A stretch of DNA of 64,000 nt from Gemmatimonadota bacterium (lineage in GTDB: Bacteria; Gemmatimonadota; Gemmatimonadetes; Palauibacterales; Palauibacteraceae), in NCBI GenBank assembly GCA_963666735.1, contig OY762926.1, forward strand, positions 3,912,541 to 3,976,540. Direction: 5' to 3'. A program made the translations under genes and the position numbers. The stretch's first letter is position 1; the number at the start of each line of letters is the position of its first letter. A model generated the notes under the pieces. That model did not search any database. It was given only the letters and a program-made list of their open reading frames with translations, and was not told the origin of the DNA. Of this stretch, positions 1 through 10,900 are shown piece after piece.

Positions 1-39
1 CTCGCTCGAGCGGATGGCCGCGCCGGCGGAGACGGGCCC

Positions 40-1272
40 GTGAGCGGACGGGGACTCGCAGCGCTCGTCACGATGGTCGTCCTGGTCATGCCGGCCGCCT
101 GTGCGGAGGACCCGCTCTCCCTGGGCTCCGAGAAGGTTCCCGGCGCCGGCGTGGAGACGCGCGACGTCACCATCTCGGCTTCCGAACTGTTGTCCTGGCG
201 GGATACGACGCTGACCGGTTTCGCTCGGCCCTCCACCGCGCCGTTCGTGTATGTCTCCGCCGAGACGGACGTGTCGAGTCGCGGGCTCGCGCGCTTCGAC
301 GTCCCCGACACGGTTCGGACGTTCGTCGACACGCTGCCGGTCGCGAAGTTCGAGGAGGTGGAGTTCCTGCTTCGCTTCGACACGATCCGCTCCGAGTTCA
401 CGACCTTTCCGCTCACAGTCAAACTCGTCGAACTGGGGCAGCGTTTCGCGCCTCATGACGCGACGTGGGAGGAGGCCGCCGCCGGGGTCCCGTGGGCGGT
501 GCCCGGGGGCGACCTCGGGGTCGAGATCGCGTCGGCGGTGCTGGAGGCGGTCTCGGATACGCTCCTCATGACGCCGGCCGTGGCGGAGGATTCGTTGATG
601 AAGGCGTGGCAGCGGACGGACGGGGGCAACGGCTTCGCCATCGTGCTGGACGGCCCGGAAACGAAGCTCTGGGTGACGCAGATGGTCCTCCGATACGACC
701 CGACCCTCGTCGGGCGAACCCTTCCGGTACCCCAGTCCCAGTTGTGGGAAGAACACGCGTTCATCCTGGATCCTCCCCAGCCGCCGACGGGTACGGAGCT
801 TCGCGTCGGCGGTCTCCCCGCCTCGCGCATCTACTTCGAGTTCGTGCCGCCCGGAATTTTCGGGGAAGCAGCGCTTGAAGGGGCTACGGTCAGCCAGGCC
901 GAAGTCATCCTCCATCCCCTGGCCGCGCCCGATCCGTATGCGGCGGAGCGCAGCATCCAGGCCCGAAAGATCAGTCTGCTCGCCGACCCGTTCGAGGCCG
1001 GTGAAAAGACCCCGATCGGGAGCGGGGATCTGATCGCGACAACGCTCGATCCCGCCAGACTCCGCGAGGGTGAGCCGGTTCGCCTCGACATCACGCTCCT
1101 GATGGCGCGGGCTGTCCGGGATTCGCTGAGGCGCATCCGGATCGGCTTGCGGGCGGACCCGGATGCGCAGGCGCTGGGCTACTGGGAGTTCGGCTCCGCC
1201 GAGTCGCCGCCGGAATTCCAGCCGCGGGTCCGAATCGTATTCAGTTCGGCGCCCCGCTTCACGGTGCCGTGA
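40..1272 (+). CDS. hypothetical lipoprotein (signal peptide with lipobox-like VMPAAC); the stop overlaps the start of the next gene
   Basis: ORF track; N-terminal hydrophobic segment ending in Cys; 4-nt ATGA overlap with the downstream ORF. Confidence 0.45.
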   Translation: MSGRGLAALVTMVVLVMPAACAEDPLSLGSEKVPGAGVETRDVTISASELLSWRDTTLTGFARPSTAPFVYVSAETDVSSRGLARFDVPDTVRTFVDTLPVAKFEEVEFLLRFDTIRSEFTTFPLTVKLVELGQRFAPHDATWEEAAAGVPWAVPGGDLGVEIASAVLEAVSDTLLMTPAVAEDSLMKAWQRTDGGNGFAIVLDGPETKLWVTQMVLRYDPTLVGRTLPVPQSQLWEEHAFILDPPQPPTGTELRVGGLPASRIYFEFVPPGIFGEAALEGATVSQAEVILHPLAAPDPYAAERSIQARKISLLADPFEAGEKTPIGSGDLIATTLDPARLREGEPVRLDITLLMARAVRDSLRRIRIGLRADPDAQALGYWEFGSAESPPEFQPRVRIVFSSAPRFTVP

Positions 1273-2489
1273 TGCGGACCGTCCGAAGGTTCCGGGGCAG
1301 GGTCCGGGGAACGTGCCCGGGATGGGGCCGGGCCGGGTTCGTGCTCGCCGCGCTGGCGGCCTCGCCCGTTGCCCTCTCCGCCCAGACGCCGCTCACGGCG
1401 GTCGGCCTCGGCTATCCCGTCGCGCCCGTGGATGGCCGGTCGGCGGCGCTCGGTGGATCGGGCTCCGGCCTGCTCGGCGGATCATACAGCCTCACGAATC
1501 CGGCCGACCTGCTCCTTCACTCCGAACCCGGCTTCTCGGTCTCGCTGGCCAGCGAGGGTGTGACGCTGGAGGGCGAGAGCGCGTCGCTCGACACGGGGCG
1601 CGGGCGTTTCACGACGATCCGGGCGCTCGTTCCCTACAACGACTGGGCCTTCAGCCTGGCCTTCGGCGGCGAGTTCGACCAGGACTGGTCCAACATCCTG
1701 CAGGACACGCTGCGGCTGAACGATGGTTCGGTTCCCTTCGAGGAGACGCGCGAGCACAACGGCGGGATCAGCACGATCGATGCGTCGCTGGCGCGTCGCC
1801 TCGGGCCGCTGGGCATCGGGGTCTCGGCGCAGCGGCTGACCGGCTCGCTGCGGCAGTCGTTCTTCCGTCAGTTCGGCGATCCGATCGGAGGGGCGCCCAC
1901 GCTCGGCGGCATCGCGGGGGCGAGGGAGCTGTCGTGGCGAGCCTGGCGCTTCAGGGCGGGTGGATCGATCCGGCTGGGGGACCGCATCGTGGCGGGCGCC
2001 GCTCTCGGGACGGGAGGGACGCTGTACGCGACCCCCGAAGGGGCGGACGAGCCCGAGGCGGAGTTCGACCTGCCGACCTCGATCCAGCTCGGCGGCAGCG
2101 TGCGTGTGACGGACCAGATCCTCTTCACCGCTGGCGGCGGCCGGGCCGGGTGGTCGGCCGTGGGGTCGCGCGACGCGGTGGCCGGCTCCGCGTTCCAATC
2201 CCACGACATCGCATGGCTGGGCGGAGGGATCGAATACGGCGCGCTCTCCCTGCTCGGCGGAAGGCTGCCGCTTCGGGCCGGCTGGCGGAGGACGGGACTC
2301 CCGTTCAGCCGGGGTGCGGAAGCGCTCGACGAGTCCGCCTTCACCGGCGGTTTCGGCTGGGAGTTCCAGGATGGACTGGCAGTATTCGACCTCGCCTTCG
2401 AGAGGGGATCGCGCGGCGACGTCGCGGCGGCCGGCTTCGCGGAGAGCTTCCGGCGCGTCACGTTCTCCTTCTCCCTCCGCCAGCGCTGA
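1269..2489 (+). CDS. putative outer-membrane beta-barrel protein (signal peptide ending ALSAQ, alternating hydrophobic pattern, Gly/aromatic-rich)
   Basis: ORF track translation; signal peptide; beta-strand-like amphipathic periodicity; translationally coupled to the upstream lipoprotein. Confidence 0.4.
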   Translation: MMRTVRRFRGRVRGTCPGWGRAGFVLAALAASPVALSAQTPLTAVGLGYPVAPVDGRSAALGGSGSGLLGGSYSLTNPADLLLHSEPGFSVSLASEGVTLEGESASLDTGRGRFTTIRALVPYNDWAFSLAFGGEFDQDWSNILQDTLRLNDGSVPFEETREHNGGISTIDASLARRLGPLGIGVSAQRLTGSLRQSFFRQFGDPIGGAPTLGGIAGARELSWRAWRFRAGGSIRLGDRIVAGAALGTGGTLYATPEGADEPEAEFDLPTSIQLGGSVRVTDQILFTAGGGRAGWSAVGSRDAVAGSAFQSHDIAWLGGGIEYGALSLLGGRLPLRAGWRRTGLPFSRGAEALDESAFTGGFGWEFQDGLAVFDLAFERGSRGDVAAAGFAESFRRVTFSFSLRQR

Positions 2490-2496
2490 GCCACCC

Positions 2497-3876
2497 GTGG
2501 AGACGCCGAAGCTCGTCACCCTGAAGACGCCCGGCGCGGATCGCCCCCGCGGCCCCCGCCCGCTCGGGGGCCGGGTCTACATCGAGACCTACGGGTGTCA
2601 GATGAACATCAACGACACCGAGTTGATGGAGGGGCTGCTCGTCGACGAGGGCTTCGTGAGCGTGGATGCACCCGAGCGCGCCGATGTGATCCTCGTGAAC
2701 ACCTGCGCGATTCGCGAGCACGCGGAACGGCGCGTTCGGGGCCGGATCGGCGAGTTGCAGCGCCACCGCAAGCGGCATTCCGGACTCGTGCTCGGGGTGA
2801 CGGGCTGCATGGCGCAGCGGCTGGGCCCGAGGCTCATCGAGGAGGCGGCGGGCGTGGATCTGGTGGCCGGACCGGATGCGTACCGCGCCCTCCCGGAACT
2901 CATCGGTTCGATTCGGGCGAACGCGATCGAGCGCGGACAGACGCTGCTTGGACTCGACGCGGAGGAGAACTACGAGGGCGTGGACAGCGTGAGGCGGGAA
3001 GGCGTAAGCGCCTGGATCACCGTCCAGCGCGGCTGCGACCACCGCTGCACCTTCTGCATCGTGCCCTACGTGAGGGGACCCGAGAAGAACCGGACGCCCG
3101 AGGCGGTCCTCGCCGAGACCCGGCGCGCCGTGGAGGAGGGGTTCACCGAAGTCGTTCTCCTCGGACAGACCGTGAATTCGTACGAGTCCGGAGACTGGAA
3201 CTTCGCGACGCTGCTGCGGGCCGTGAGCCGCGCGGACGGCATCCGCCGCGTGCGTTTCACCTCGCCCCATCCCAACGATGTGACGCCGGAACTGCTCGAG
3301 GTGATGGCGGGCGAGCCGACGGTCTGCCGCCAGCTCCACCTGCCGGTGCAGTCGGGCTCCGACCGCGTGCTCAAGCGCATGGTCCGGCGCTACACGAGCG
3401 GGGGGTTTCTCGACAAGGTCGAGGCCGTCCGCCGCGAGGTTCCCGGCATCGCGCTCTCCACGGATGTGATCGTCGGCTTTCCGGGGGAGAGGGAGGCGGA
3501 TTTCGAGGCCACGCTGGAGCTGATGCGGGACGTGCGCTTCGACGATGCCTATCTGTACAAGTACTCGCTGCGCGAAGGGACACCGGCTACGCGCTTCCCG
3601 GCTGCGGATTTCGTGCCGCACGAAGTGGGTTCGCAGCGGCTGGAACGCCTGATCGGCGAACACCGCGCGATTCAGCGCGAGATCAACGAGTCCGAGGTGG
3701 GTTCGCGGCGCGAGGTCCTGATCGAGCGCTCGGCGCGCTCGCCGGGCGATGTGCTCGGCCGGACGGAGCAGAACAAGGTCGTCGCTTTCCCCGGAGACCC
3801 CTGCCGGATCGGCACGTACGCGCAGGTGCGCCTCACGGGGACGACGGGCGCGACCTTCATGGGACGGCCCTTCTGA
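2497..3876 (+). CDS. miaB: tRNA-i6A37 methylthiotransferase MiaB (radical SAM)
   Basis: N-terminal motif RVYIETYGCQMNINDTE and CxxxCxxC in the ORF track protein. The track ORF begins at 2314 inside the upstream gene; the in-frame GTG at 2497, just after the upstream stop, is the more plausible start. Confidence 0.85.
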   Translation: METPKLVTLKTPGADRPRGPRPLGGRVYIETYGCQMNINDTELMEGLLVDEGFVSVDAPERADVILVNTCAIREHAERRVRGRIGELQRHRKRHSGLVLGVTGCMAQRLGPRLIEEAAGVDLVAGPDAYRALPELIGSIRANAIERGQTLLGLDAEENYEGVDSVRREGVSAWITVQRGCDHRCTFCIVPYVRGPEKNRTPEAVLAETRRAVEEGFTEVVLLGQTVNSYESGDWNFATLLRAVSRADGIRRVRFTSPHPNDVTPELLEVMAGEPTVCRQLHLPVQSGSDRVLKRMVRRYTSGGFLDKVEAVRREVPGIALSTDVIVGFPGEREADFEATLELMRDVRFDDAYLYKYSLREGTPATRFPAADFVPHEVGSQRLERLIGEHRAIQREINESEVGSRREVLIERSARSPGDVLGRTEQNKVVAFPGDPCRIGTYAQVRLTGTTGATFMGRPF

Positions 3877-4229
3877 TGCGCTTCGTGATGCGGCTGCTCG
3901 CCTTCGTTGTCGTCATCCTCGCCGCGTTCTGGTTTACCGCGAGGAACGCGGGCGAACTCGTGAACGTCGTGTTGCCTTTCCTTCGCATTCGCGCGTCGCT
4001 CCCGCTCGTCGTCTTCGCCTGCATCCTCGGGGGGATGGGCCTCTCGGGCCTGCTCGCCTGGCGGGCCGAGCGCCGGACCCGGCGCCTGGCGGACCGGGCC
4101 GCGTCGGCGCGTCTCGCGCATGAGGCGCCCGCCTCCATGGAGTTCGCGATGGCGGCGGAGCCCCCGACGGCGGAGCCCCCGGCCCCGCCCGAGCCCCCGG
4201 AACGGTCGGAGCCGAGTCCGCTCCTCTGA
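3876..4229 (+). CDS. small inner-membrane protein, LapA-like (DUF1049-like), two TM helices
   Basis: The ATG at 3876 overlaps the miaB TGA (TGATG). Translation MRFVMRLLAFVVVILAAFWF...LVVFACILGGMGLSGLLAW followed by a Pro/Glu-rich tail. Confidence 0.5.
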   Translation: MRFVMRLLAFVVVILAAFWFTARNAGELVNVVLPFLRIRASLPLVVFACILGGMGLSGLLAWRAERRTRRLADRAASARLAHEAPASMEFAMAAEPPTAEPPAPPEPPERSEPSPLL

Positions 4230-4238
4230 CGCTCCGTT

Positions 4239-4271
4239 GGCGGACGGTTGACGGACGGTTGACGGACGGTT
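4239..4271. repeat. tandem repeat, 11-bp unit GACGGACGGTT x3
   Basis: Read directly: ggcggacggtt gacggacggtt gacggacggtt gatgg, lying between the LapA-like gene and comEC. Confidence 0.8.
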
Positions 4272-4377
4272 GATGGTCTCTCCGAGCGTAGAGGTGAACT
4301 CTGCGCCCGGAGGCTGATCGACGTCCCACTCCCTCTCGCCCCTGCTCCTGACGGCCCTGGCGCTCGCCGCCGGGGAT

Positions 4378-6750
4378 GTGGCCGGGCTCGCGCTCGCCCG
4401 AGCCGACGCCGTCGCTTTCCATGCTCCCGCGGCGCTCGCGGCGGGGCTCCTTTGCGTCATCGTCGGCCGGGCCGTGCTGCGGGCCGCCCGCCGGGCCCGC
4501 CCCGGCCGAGCCGGCGGCATTTCACCGCACGCGACGGTGGGTTTCTCGGTCGTGCTTGCCGCCCTCGCCGGGTTGCTGGCGGGTCTGCCGAGCGGCACGG
4601 CGGCGCTGGGGGCCTGCGTCGCCACGTTGGAGGCGGGCGCGCCGGTCGCGGTGGTCGGCACGCTCGCGGACGCGGCGCCGGAACGGCGGGCGGACCGGGA
4701 TGCCGGCCCGGTCCGGGTGTCGATCCGCGACGTCCACATCGTCTCGGGCGGGCGGATCTGCCGCCTGGGCGCGGTGCGCGCCTTCCTGCGGCCCGGAGCG
4801 GCGCACGAGGCGGGCACGGCGGTGCTCGCCCGGGGCACATGGCGCACGGCGGGCGGGACGAACCCCGAAGCGGCCCGACCCCGGCTGCCCCGTCCGCCCG
4901 CGACGATGGGCTGGATCGGTGGCGCGACGCTGGAGCCGCTGGATGTGCCGGCGAACGCCGTGGGCCCGCGCGGTCTCCGCCGCTGGATCATCGAGTGGCG
5001 CGCCGGGCTGCTCGCCCGGCTCGACGCCCGGCTCGCCCCGGAGCACCGGGCGATCGGCAAGGCTCTGCTGCTCGCCGACCGCAGCACCCTCGACCCTGTG
5101 ACGAGAGAGGCGTTCGTCGGGGCCGGGATCATCCACCTGCTCGCGATCTCCGGGCTCCACGTCGGCCTGATCGGGGCTTCGCTCTCCTGGCTCATCGGCC
5201 TTCGCGTGCGCGGTCCGCGCCGGCTGCTCTACGCCGCCGCCTGTACGAGTGCGTACGTATGCCTCATCGGCGCGCCTCCCTCGGCGGTGCGAGCGGCGCT
5301 GATGTTCTGGGGCTGGGCGCTCGCCTTCCGCCGGGCGCGCCCTGCGCGCATCAGCGATCTCGCGGCGCTCGCGGCGACGCTCGCCATTCTGGCCGACCCG
5401 CTCATCGTGACCGATCCGGGGTTCCAGCTCTCCTTCGCCGGTTTCACGGGCGTCGTGTTCGGGGGCCGCGTGCCGCTGCCGCGTTGGCTCTCCGCCCGGC
5501 GCCTGCGGGGCATCGGGCGGGCACTCGCCGTGAGTTGCGGCGCCTTCCTCGTCACGGCGCCCATCGCGGCCTTCCATTTCGACCGCATCGTCATCGCCTC
5601 GATCCCGGCCAGCGTGGTGGCGGGCGCGGTGGTGGGTCTCGCGCTTCCCGCCCTCGCGCTCACGCTGGTCCTGCCGTGGGGTCTCTGGGTGCTGTTCGCC
5701 GGCGCCGCGGACGTCGCGCTCGGCTGCCTCGCGGCGATCGCGTCCTTCTTCGCGGGGCTCCCGCTGAGCTGGGCGGGTCCCGGCCTCGGCCCCCGCGCGT
5801 GGGCGGTCGCGGCCGCGCTCGTCGCCCTCGCGCTCGACCGTACGCGCGCCCGGCGCGGCCTCGGCGTCCTCTCGGTCGGGGCCGTGCTGGCACTCACGGT
5901 CGCCTGGCCCCTCGTCAGGGCCGGCCTCGAGCGGGGCACGGCGCTCGTCTGCACCCTCGCCGTGGGGCAGGGGGACGCCGCCGTGGTGCGGACCGGCGCC
6001 GGCCGATGGCTCGTCTTCGACGCGGGCCCGGGCTCGGCCTTCCGGACGGCCGGCACGGCATCCGGCCCGCCGATGGCCGACGCGGGAGGCCGCGTCGTCG
6101 TGCCCTTCCTGCGCCGCATGGGCGCCCGGACCGTGGAGCTGTTCGCCATCTCCCATCCTCACCTCGACCACTACGGCGGCGCGGCCGCGGTGTTCGAGGC
6201 CCTGCGGGTCCGCCGTGTGCTCGATCCCGGCGTCCCGGAGCCCAGTTCCTCCTACCTCGCCTTCCTCGAACGGCTTCAGATGGAGGGCGCCACCTGGCAT
6301 GCGCCCCGCGCGGGAGACCGTCTCCGCATCGACGATGTCGAACTCGAGATCCTCTGGCCGGAGGGCCCGGCGGGCTCGGATGCGAACGAAGGCTCCCTCT
6401 CCTTCCGTCTCACGGTCGGCGGCTTCCGCTACGTGAACACGGGCGACGCCGGCGTCGAGGTGGAGCGCGAGATCCTGGAGCACCTTGCGCCGCTCCGTCC
6501 GGAGACGGATCTCCTCAAGCTCGGCCACCACGGCAGCCGGACTTCGAGTTCCGTCGAATGGCTGAGAGCGACGCAACCGGAAATCGCTGTGATCTCGGCG
6601 GGGACACGGAACCGGTACGGGCACCCGCACGCCGTGACGCTGGCGCGGCTCGACTCCGCCCGGGTACCGCGCGTGTGGCGGACGGATCTCCAAGGCTCCC
6701 TGTGCGTAGAGGTCGACGCACGCGGATGGAGGATCGCGGACGCGCCTTGA
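4378..6750 (+). CDS. comEC: DNA internalization competence protein ComEC/Rec2 (competence domain plus C-terminal metallo-beta-lactamase domain)
   Basis: Polytopic membrane N-terminal region; C-terminal ISHPHLDHYGG motif and LGHHGSRTSSS; the start (GTG 4378) is uncertain. Confidence 0.8.
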   Translation: MAGLALARADAVAFHAPAALAAGLLCVIVGRAVLRAARRARPGRAGGISPHATVGFSVVLAALAGLLAGLPSGTAALGACVATLEAGAPVAVVGTLADAAPERRADRDAGPVRVSIRDVHIVSGGRICRLGAVRAFLRPGAAHEAGTAVLARGTWRTAGGTNPEAARPRLPRPPATMGWIGGATLEPLDVPANAVGPRGLRRWIIEWRAGLLARLDARLAPEHRAIGKALLLADRSTLDPVTREAFVGAGIIHLLAISGLHVGLIGASLSWLIGLRVRGPRRLLYAAACTSAYVCLIGAPPSAVRAALMFWGWALAFRRARPARISDLAALAATLAILADPLIVTDPGFQLSFAGFTGVVFGGRVPLPRWLSARRLRGIGRALAVSCGAFLVTAPIAAFHFDRIVIASIPASVVAGAVVGLALPALALTLVLPWGLWVLFAGAADVALGCLAAIASFFAGLPLSWAGPGLGPRAWAVAAALVALALDRTRARRGLGVLSVGAVLALTVAWPLVRAGLERGTALVCTLAVGQGDAAVVRTGAGRWLVFDAGPGSAFRTAGTASGPPMADAGGRVVVPFLRRMGARTVELFAISHPHLDHYGGAAAVFEALRVRRVLDPGVPEPSSSYLAFLERLQMEGATWHAPRAGDRLRIDDVELEILWPEGPAGSDANEGSLSFRLTVGGFRYVNTGDAGVEVEREILEHLAPLRPETDLLKLGHHGSRTSSSVEWLRATQPEIAVISAGTRNRYGHPHAVTLARLDSARVPRVWRTDLQGSLCVEVDARGWRIADAP

Positions 6751-6811
6751 CGCGAAAAACCGCCCCTCCGTAACCTCTCAGCCCACCTTCCCCGAGCTCC
6801 GCGGAGCCACC

Positions 6812-7813
6812 TTGACCGGATCCATCGTCACCGTCGAGCACTTCATCGCCGAGCAGGAGCGCGAATATCCCCAGGCCACGGGCGCGCTGACAGACATCCT
6901 GCTCCAGATCAGCCTCGCCGCGAAGGTCATCTCCACGGCCGTGAACCGCGCGGGCCTCATCGACATCCTCGGCGTGAGCGGGAGCACGAACGTGCATGGC
7001 GAGGAAGTGCAGAAGCTGGACGACTACGCGAACGATGTCCTCGTGAGCCTGCTGGCGCGCTGTGGCAGCCTCAGCGGCATGGTGTCCGAGGAAGAGGAGG
7101 GATTTGTCCGCGTCCCCGAATCACGCGACCCCGGACCGTACATCATCGCCTTCGACCCGCTCGACGGAAGTTCGAACATCGACGTGAACATCTCCGTGGG
7201 AACGATCTTCTCCGTCTACCGGAAGCGGAGCGAGGGGCGCAAGGTGCGGAGACGCGACCTGCTTCAGCCGGGATCCGAACAGGTCGCCGCAGGCTACGTC
7301 CTGTACGGCTCCTCCACCATGCTCGTGTTCACGACCGGGGCGGGAGTACACGGCTTCACGCTCCACCCGGAGATCGGGGAGTTCCTCCTCTCGTACCGGA
7401 ACCTGCGCATTCCCTCGCCCGGCAAGAACATCTACAGCATCAACGAAGCCTACTTCGACAAGTGGACGCCGGGTCAGCAGCGGCTCGTGGAGCGGTTCCG
7501 CCAGCCTCCCCGCGACGCGCCGTCGTTTTCCGCGCGCTACGTCGGGTCCATGGTCGCGGACTTCCACCGCACCCTCCTCCGCGGGGGGATCTTCATGTAC
7601 CCGGGAACCGTCACCAAGCCGGAGGGGAAGCTGCGCCTGCTGTACGAGGTGGCTCCCATGGCCATGATCTGCGAGCACGCGGGCGGCCGGGCCACCGATG
7701 GTCGGCGGCGCATCCTCGACATCGAACCCGAGGGGCTTCATCACCGCGTGCCGACCTTCCTGGGCGCCCCCGGCCTCGTGGAGATGGCGGGGCGTTACTT
7801 GGCCGAGGACTGA
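6812..7813 (+). CDS. fbp: fructose-1,6-bisphosphatase class 1
   Basis: ORF track protein with the typical FBPase I N-terminus (TVEHFIAEQ...GALTDIL) and FDPLDGSSNIDVN metal-binding motif. Confidence 0.9.
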   Translation: MTGSIVTVEHFIAEQEREYPQATGALTDILLQISLAAKVISTAVNRAGLIDILGVSGSTNVHGEEVQKLDDYANDVLVSLLARCGSLSGMVSEEEEGFVRVPESRDPGPYIIAFDPLDGSSNIDVNISVGTIFSVYRKRSEGRKVRRRDLLQPGSEQVAAGYVLYGSSTMLVFTTGAGVHGFTLHPEIGEFLLSYRNLRIPSPGKNIYSINEAYFDKWTPGQQRLVERFRQPPRDAPSFSARYVGSMVADFHRTLLRGGIFMYPGTVTKPEGKLRLLYEVAPMAMICEHAGGRATDGRRRILDIEPEGLHHRVPTFLGAPGLVEMAGRYLAED

Positions 7814-7874
7814 CCCCGACGGGAACCCCGGCCCGCCAACCGACCGGGCCGGATGCAAGCGACGGAGCCGGATG

Positions 7875-7909
7875 CACGAAAGGGGGCCCGAAGGCCCCCC
7901 TCTTTCGTG
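7875..7909. terminator. bidirectional rho-independent terminator hairpin between convergent fbp and the TonB receptor gene
   Basis: CACGAAAG-GGGGCC-cgaa-GGCCCC-c-CTCTTTCGTG, a GC-rich stem followed by a T-run. Confidence 0.5.
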
Positions 7910-7962
7910 CTCGCCGCGGGAGTCGCCGCTGCCGCAGCTTCCTGCCGCAGCTTCCTACCACA

Positions 7963-10900
7963 TCAGAACGAGATCCGCGCCCCGAGCTGAAGCGCCCAGC
8001 GCGACAGAATGTTGTCGATCGAGTACACGTCCTCGATGTCGAGCACGCCGTTTTCGTCGAGGTCGCGCGGCGAGAAACGGACGACCGGCACACCCGTCTC
8101 CGAGTCGTAGCGCCGGAAGGACAGGATCGTGGAGGTTCCGAACTGCGTGTAACGCTGCCGGCCCCACTCGGAGTTCAGGAAGTTTCCGACGTTGATGAAG
8201 TCGAGCGTGACCTGGATGTTTCGGCTCCCCGGCCCGGGAAGCGGCACATCTTGCGCGATCCGCAGGTCGAGGCTGCGCACCCAGGGTTCGCGCGAAGAGT
8301 TCCGGCCCACGATCCCGCCGCGGTACTCGTCCAGCCCCGGGATGTCGCTTACGAACGCATCCCACGCGGCGAAGTCCATGCAGCCGCGGCAGTCCGTCTC
8401 GAAGATCGCGTCATCGGCATCGCCCGGCACGAAGGCCAGGTCGTTGAAGCGCCGCCCGTCGTTGTTCGCGTCCCCGAAGTAGGTCCAGCTGAAGGGCCGG
8501 CCCGCGCGGGCCTCGTAGAACGCCGTGATCGTCGTTCCGACGTTCTCGCTCCACTCGATGCGCTGCGAGAGCGAAGCGATGATCCGGTGCTTGATCTCGA
8601 AGTCCGCCGTTCCCTCGCCGGGGTTGTTCGGGTCGACGCCGATCTCGTTGTACTGGAAGTTCGAGATCGCGCGGCTGGACTGGCCGCTGTTCACGTCCGT
8701 GGCGTCCGTCCACGTGTAGGCGAGACTTCCGAACATGTTCGGAAGGAAGTCGCCGCCGAAGCGCTTCTGCAACTGCGTCGTGAACTGGATCTGGCGCCCC
8801 TGGTTCGTGTTGTCGAGCAGGAAGACGCCGGGCGAGAACTCCCGGTCCACGGGGTCGTCGGCGAAGAGCACGCGACCATCGCTCGTCCTACCCTCCGGCC
8901 GGATGCTGAGATCCTGGTAGAGGATGTCGTTGACGTTCTTCGTGTAGATCCCCTCGACCGTGAACACGACGCCGTCGCGCAACTCGCGGTCGATCCCGAT
9001 CGTGGTCCGCCAGGCCTGCGGGAACTTGAAGTCCGTGTCCGTGAGGTCGACTTCCGTCGTCGCGATCTCGGCGCCGGGTACCGGCACGGGGGTGGGGTCG
9101 CCCGTGAACGGCGGCGGGGTGCAGCCCCGCCATGTGGCGCAGTCGATGCGGATGAAGTCCATCCCCGTGTTCGAGTACTGGTTCGAGAGCCACACGAAGG
9201 GGTTGCGGCCCGTGAAGATGCCGGTTCCGCCCCGGAGCTGCGTCCGTCGGTCCTCGTCCAGCGCGGCGTTGAACCCGAGCCGCGGCGACCACATGACGTT
9301 GCCGCTCGGCACGTCGCTCGTATGCCGTCCGAAGGCGGCGTAGAAGTTCGGGTTCTCGAGCGGCGCATCGGGCATCGCCATGATGTCCGCGCGCAGCCCC
9401 AGCGTGATGTTCAAGCGGTCGCTCAGGTCGATCTGGTCCTGGCCGTAGAGGCCGAACTGCATCGCGGACCACGCCGCCCGCGGGAACGGATCCGAGAGCC
9501 GTGAGATGGACGCCCGGTACCGGGTCGCCATCCCGTTGCGGAAGTTATCGAGCGCGTTCTCGCCGTCGAACTCCCACTGCCCGAACGCGTCCTGGATGAA
9601 GAGGTTCGAGAACGAGTAGAACTCGTTGTGCGTCCCGAAGGTGAACGTGTGGTCGCCCCGGAAGAGCGTGAGGTCGTTGGTGATCTCGAACACGTCCTGG
9701 TCCAGCGCGTTCTGCTGCGAGAAGCGCTCGATCCCCATGGTCACGCTCTCGCTCTCGCCATCGTAGGGCTCGATGTCGACCTCCGGGAAGATCGCAAAGT
9801 CGGGGGTCCGCGCGTCGCGCTGACGCTGGTACGAGAGGCGGAACATGTTGGCGGTGGAGGCGCCCAGCCGGCTGTCGAGCTGGATCACCGTGGAATTGGA
9901 CACGGCGTCGAACGAATACCCCTGGCCGGGCAGTCCGATCTCGCCCGAGTGCCGGCTGATCCCCCGCTGCGAATTGGCGTTCACATGGTTGTGCCGCACG
10001 ATGAGGTGGTTGCTGTCCGAGAGGTTGAAGTCCAGGCGTGCGAAGAACTTGAGGTCGTCCGTCTCGCGCTGGAGACTCTCCTCGAAGCCTCCCGGGTTGT
10101 AGTTGTAGGCGGAGTTCGCGATATCGATGATGTCGTTGATCGTCCCCAGGTCGACATCGATCGTGTTTGTCTGGCTGCTGCCGAGGAGCCCGAGCGCCAG
10201 CGGGCGGCTCGACTGCTTGATCTCGCCGCTCGTGAAGAAGTGGATCTTGTCGCGCTGGATCGGCCCGCCCGCGCGGAATCCGGCCTGCAGTTCGCTGAAG
10301 TCGGTCAGCGGGTTGTCGTCAAGGTTGCCCGTGAAGCCCTGGTTCCGTCCGAAGGCGTAGCCCGAGGCGTCGAAGTCGTTCGTTCCCGAGCGCGTGACGA
10401 CGTTGATCGAGCCGCCGGTGAAGCCGCCCTGCCGCACGTCGAAGGGCGCGATCGCGACCTGGAACTCCTGGACCGCGTCAAGCGAGATCGGCTGCGAGTT
10501 GGCCTGGCCGCCGGGGGTGCCGCTGGCCGGGAGGCCGAACACGTCGTTCAGGATCGCGCCATCGACGGAGATGTTGTTGAAGCGGTTGTTCTTCCCGCCG
10601 ATGCTGATCCCGCCGATGTTCTCGCTGCTCCCGATGTTCGTGCCCAGCGCCTGAGGCGTGAGCCGCGCGAAGTCCTGAATGCTGCGGGCAATCGTCGGAA
10701 GGTTCTCGATCTCGCGCGTGGTCACGGTCTGCTGCGGCCCCGTGCGTCCGCTGGAGAGGATCGCGCCCCGTTCCGCCGTGACGGTGATTTCGCCCACTTC
10801 CACGGCCTCGACGCCGAGCACGAAGTCGATGCGCCGGTTCTCTCCCAGCGCGAGGACGAGGGCGTCGGCCGACTCGTCTCCGAAACCGATGAGCGAAACG

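Noticed and set aside
2595-4229. 544-aa track ORF spanning miaB in another frame
   Set aside because: It is an Arg/Gly/Pro-rich translation typical of an off-frame read of 70%-GC DNA. Only its last 117 codons (3876..4229, the LapA-like gene) are real.
4239-4271. Possible CRISPR arrays at the tandem repeats (4239..4271, 49723..49774)
   Set aside because: The repeats are directly abutting with no spacers, only about 3 copies, and there are no cas genes nearby.
4452-6773. 773-aa (+) and 723-aa (-, 4522..6693) track ORFs overlapping comEC
   Set aside because: Both are extremely Arg/Pro/Gly-rich with no domain signatures. The comEC frame carries the ComEC and metallo-beta-lactamase motifs.
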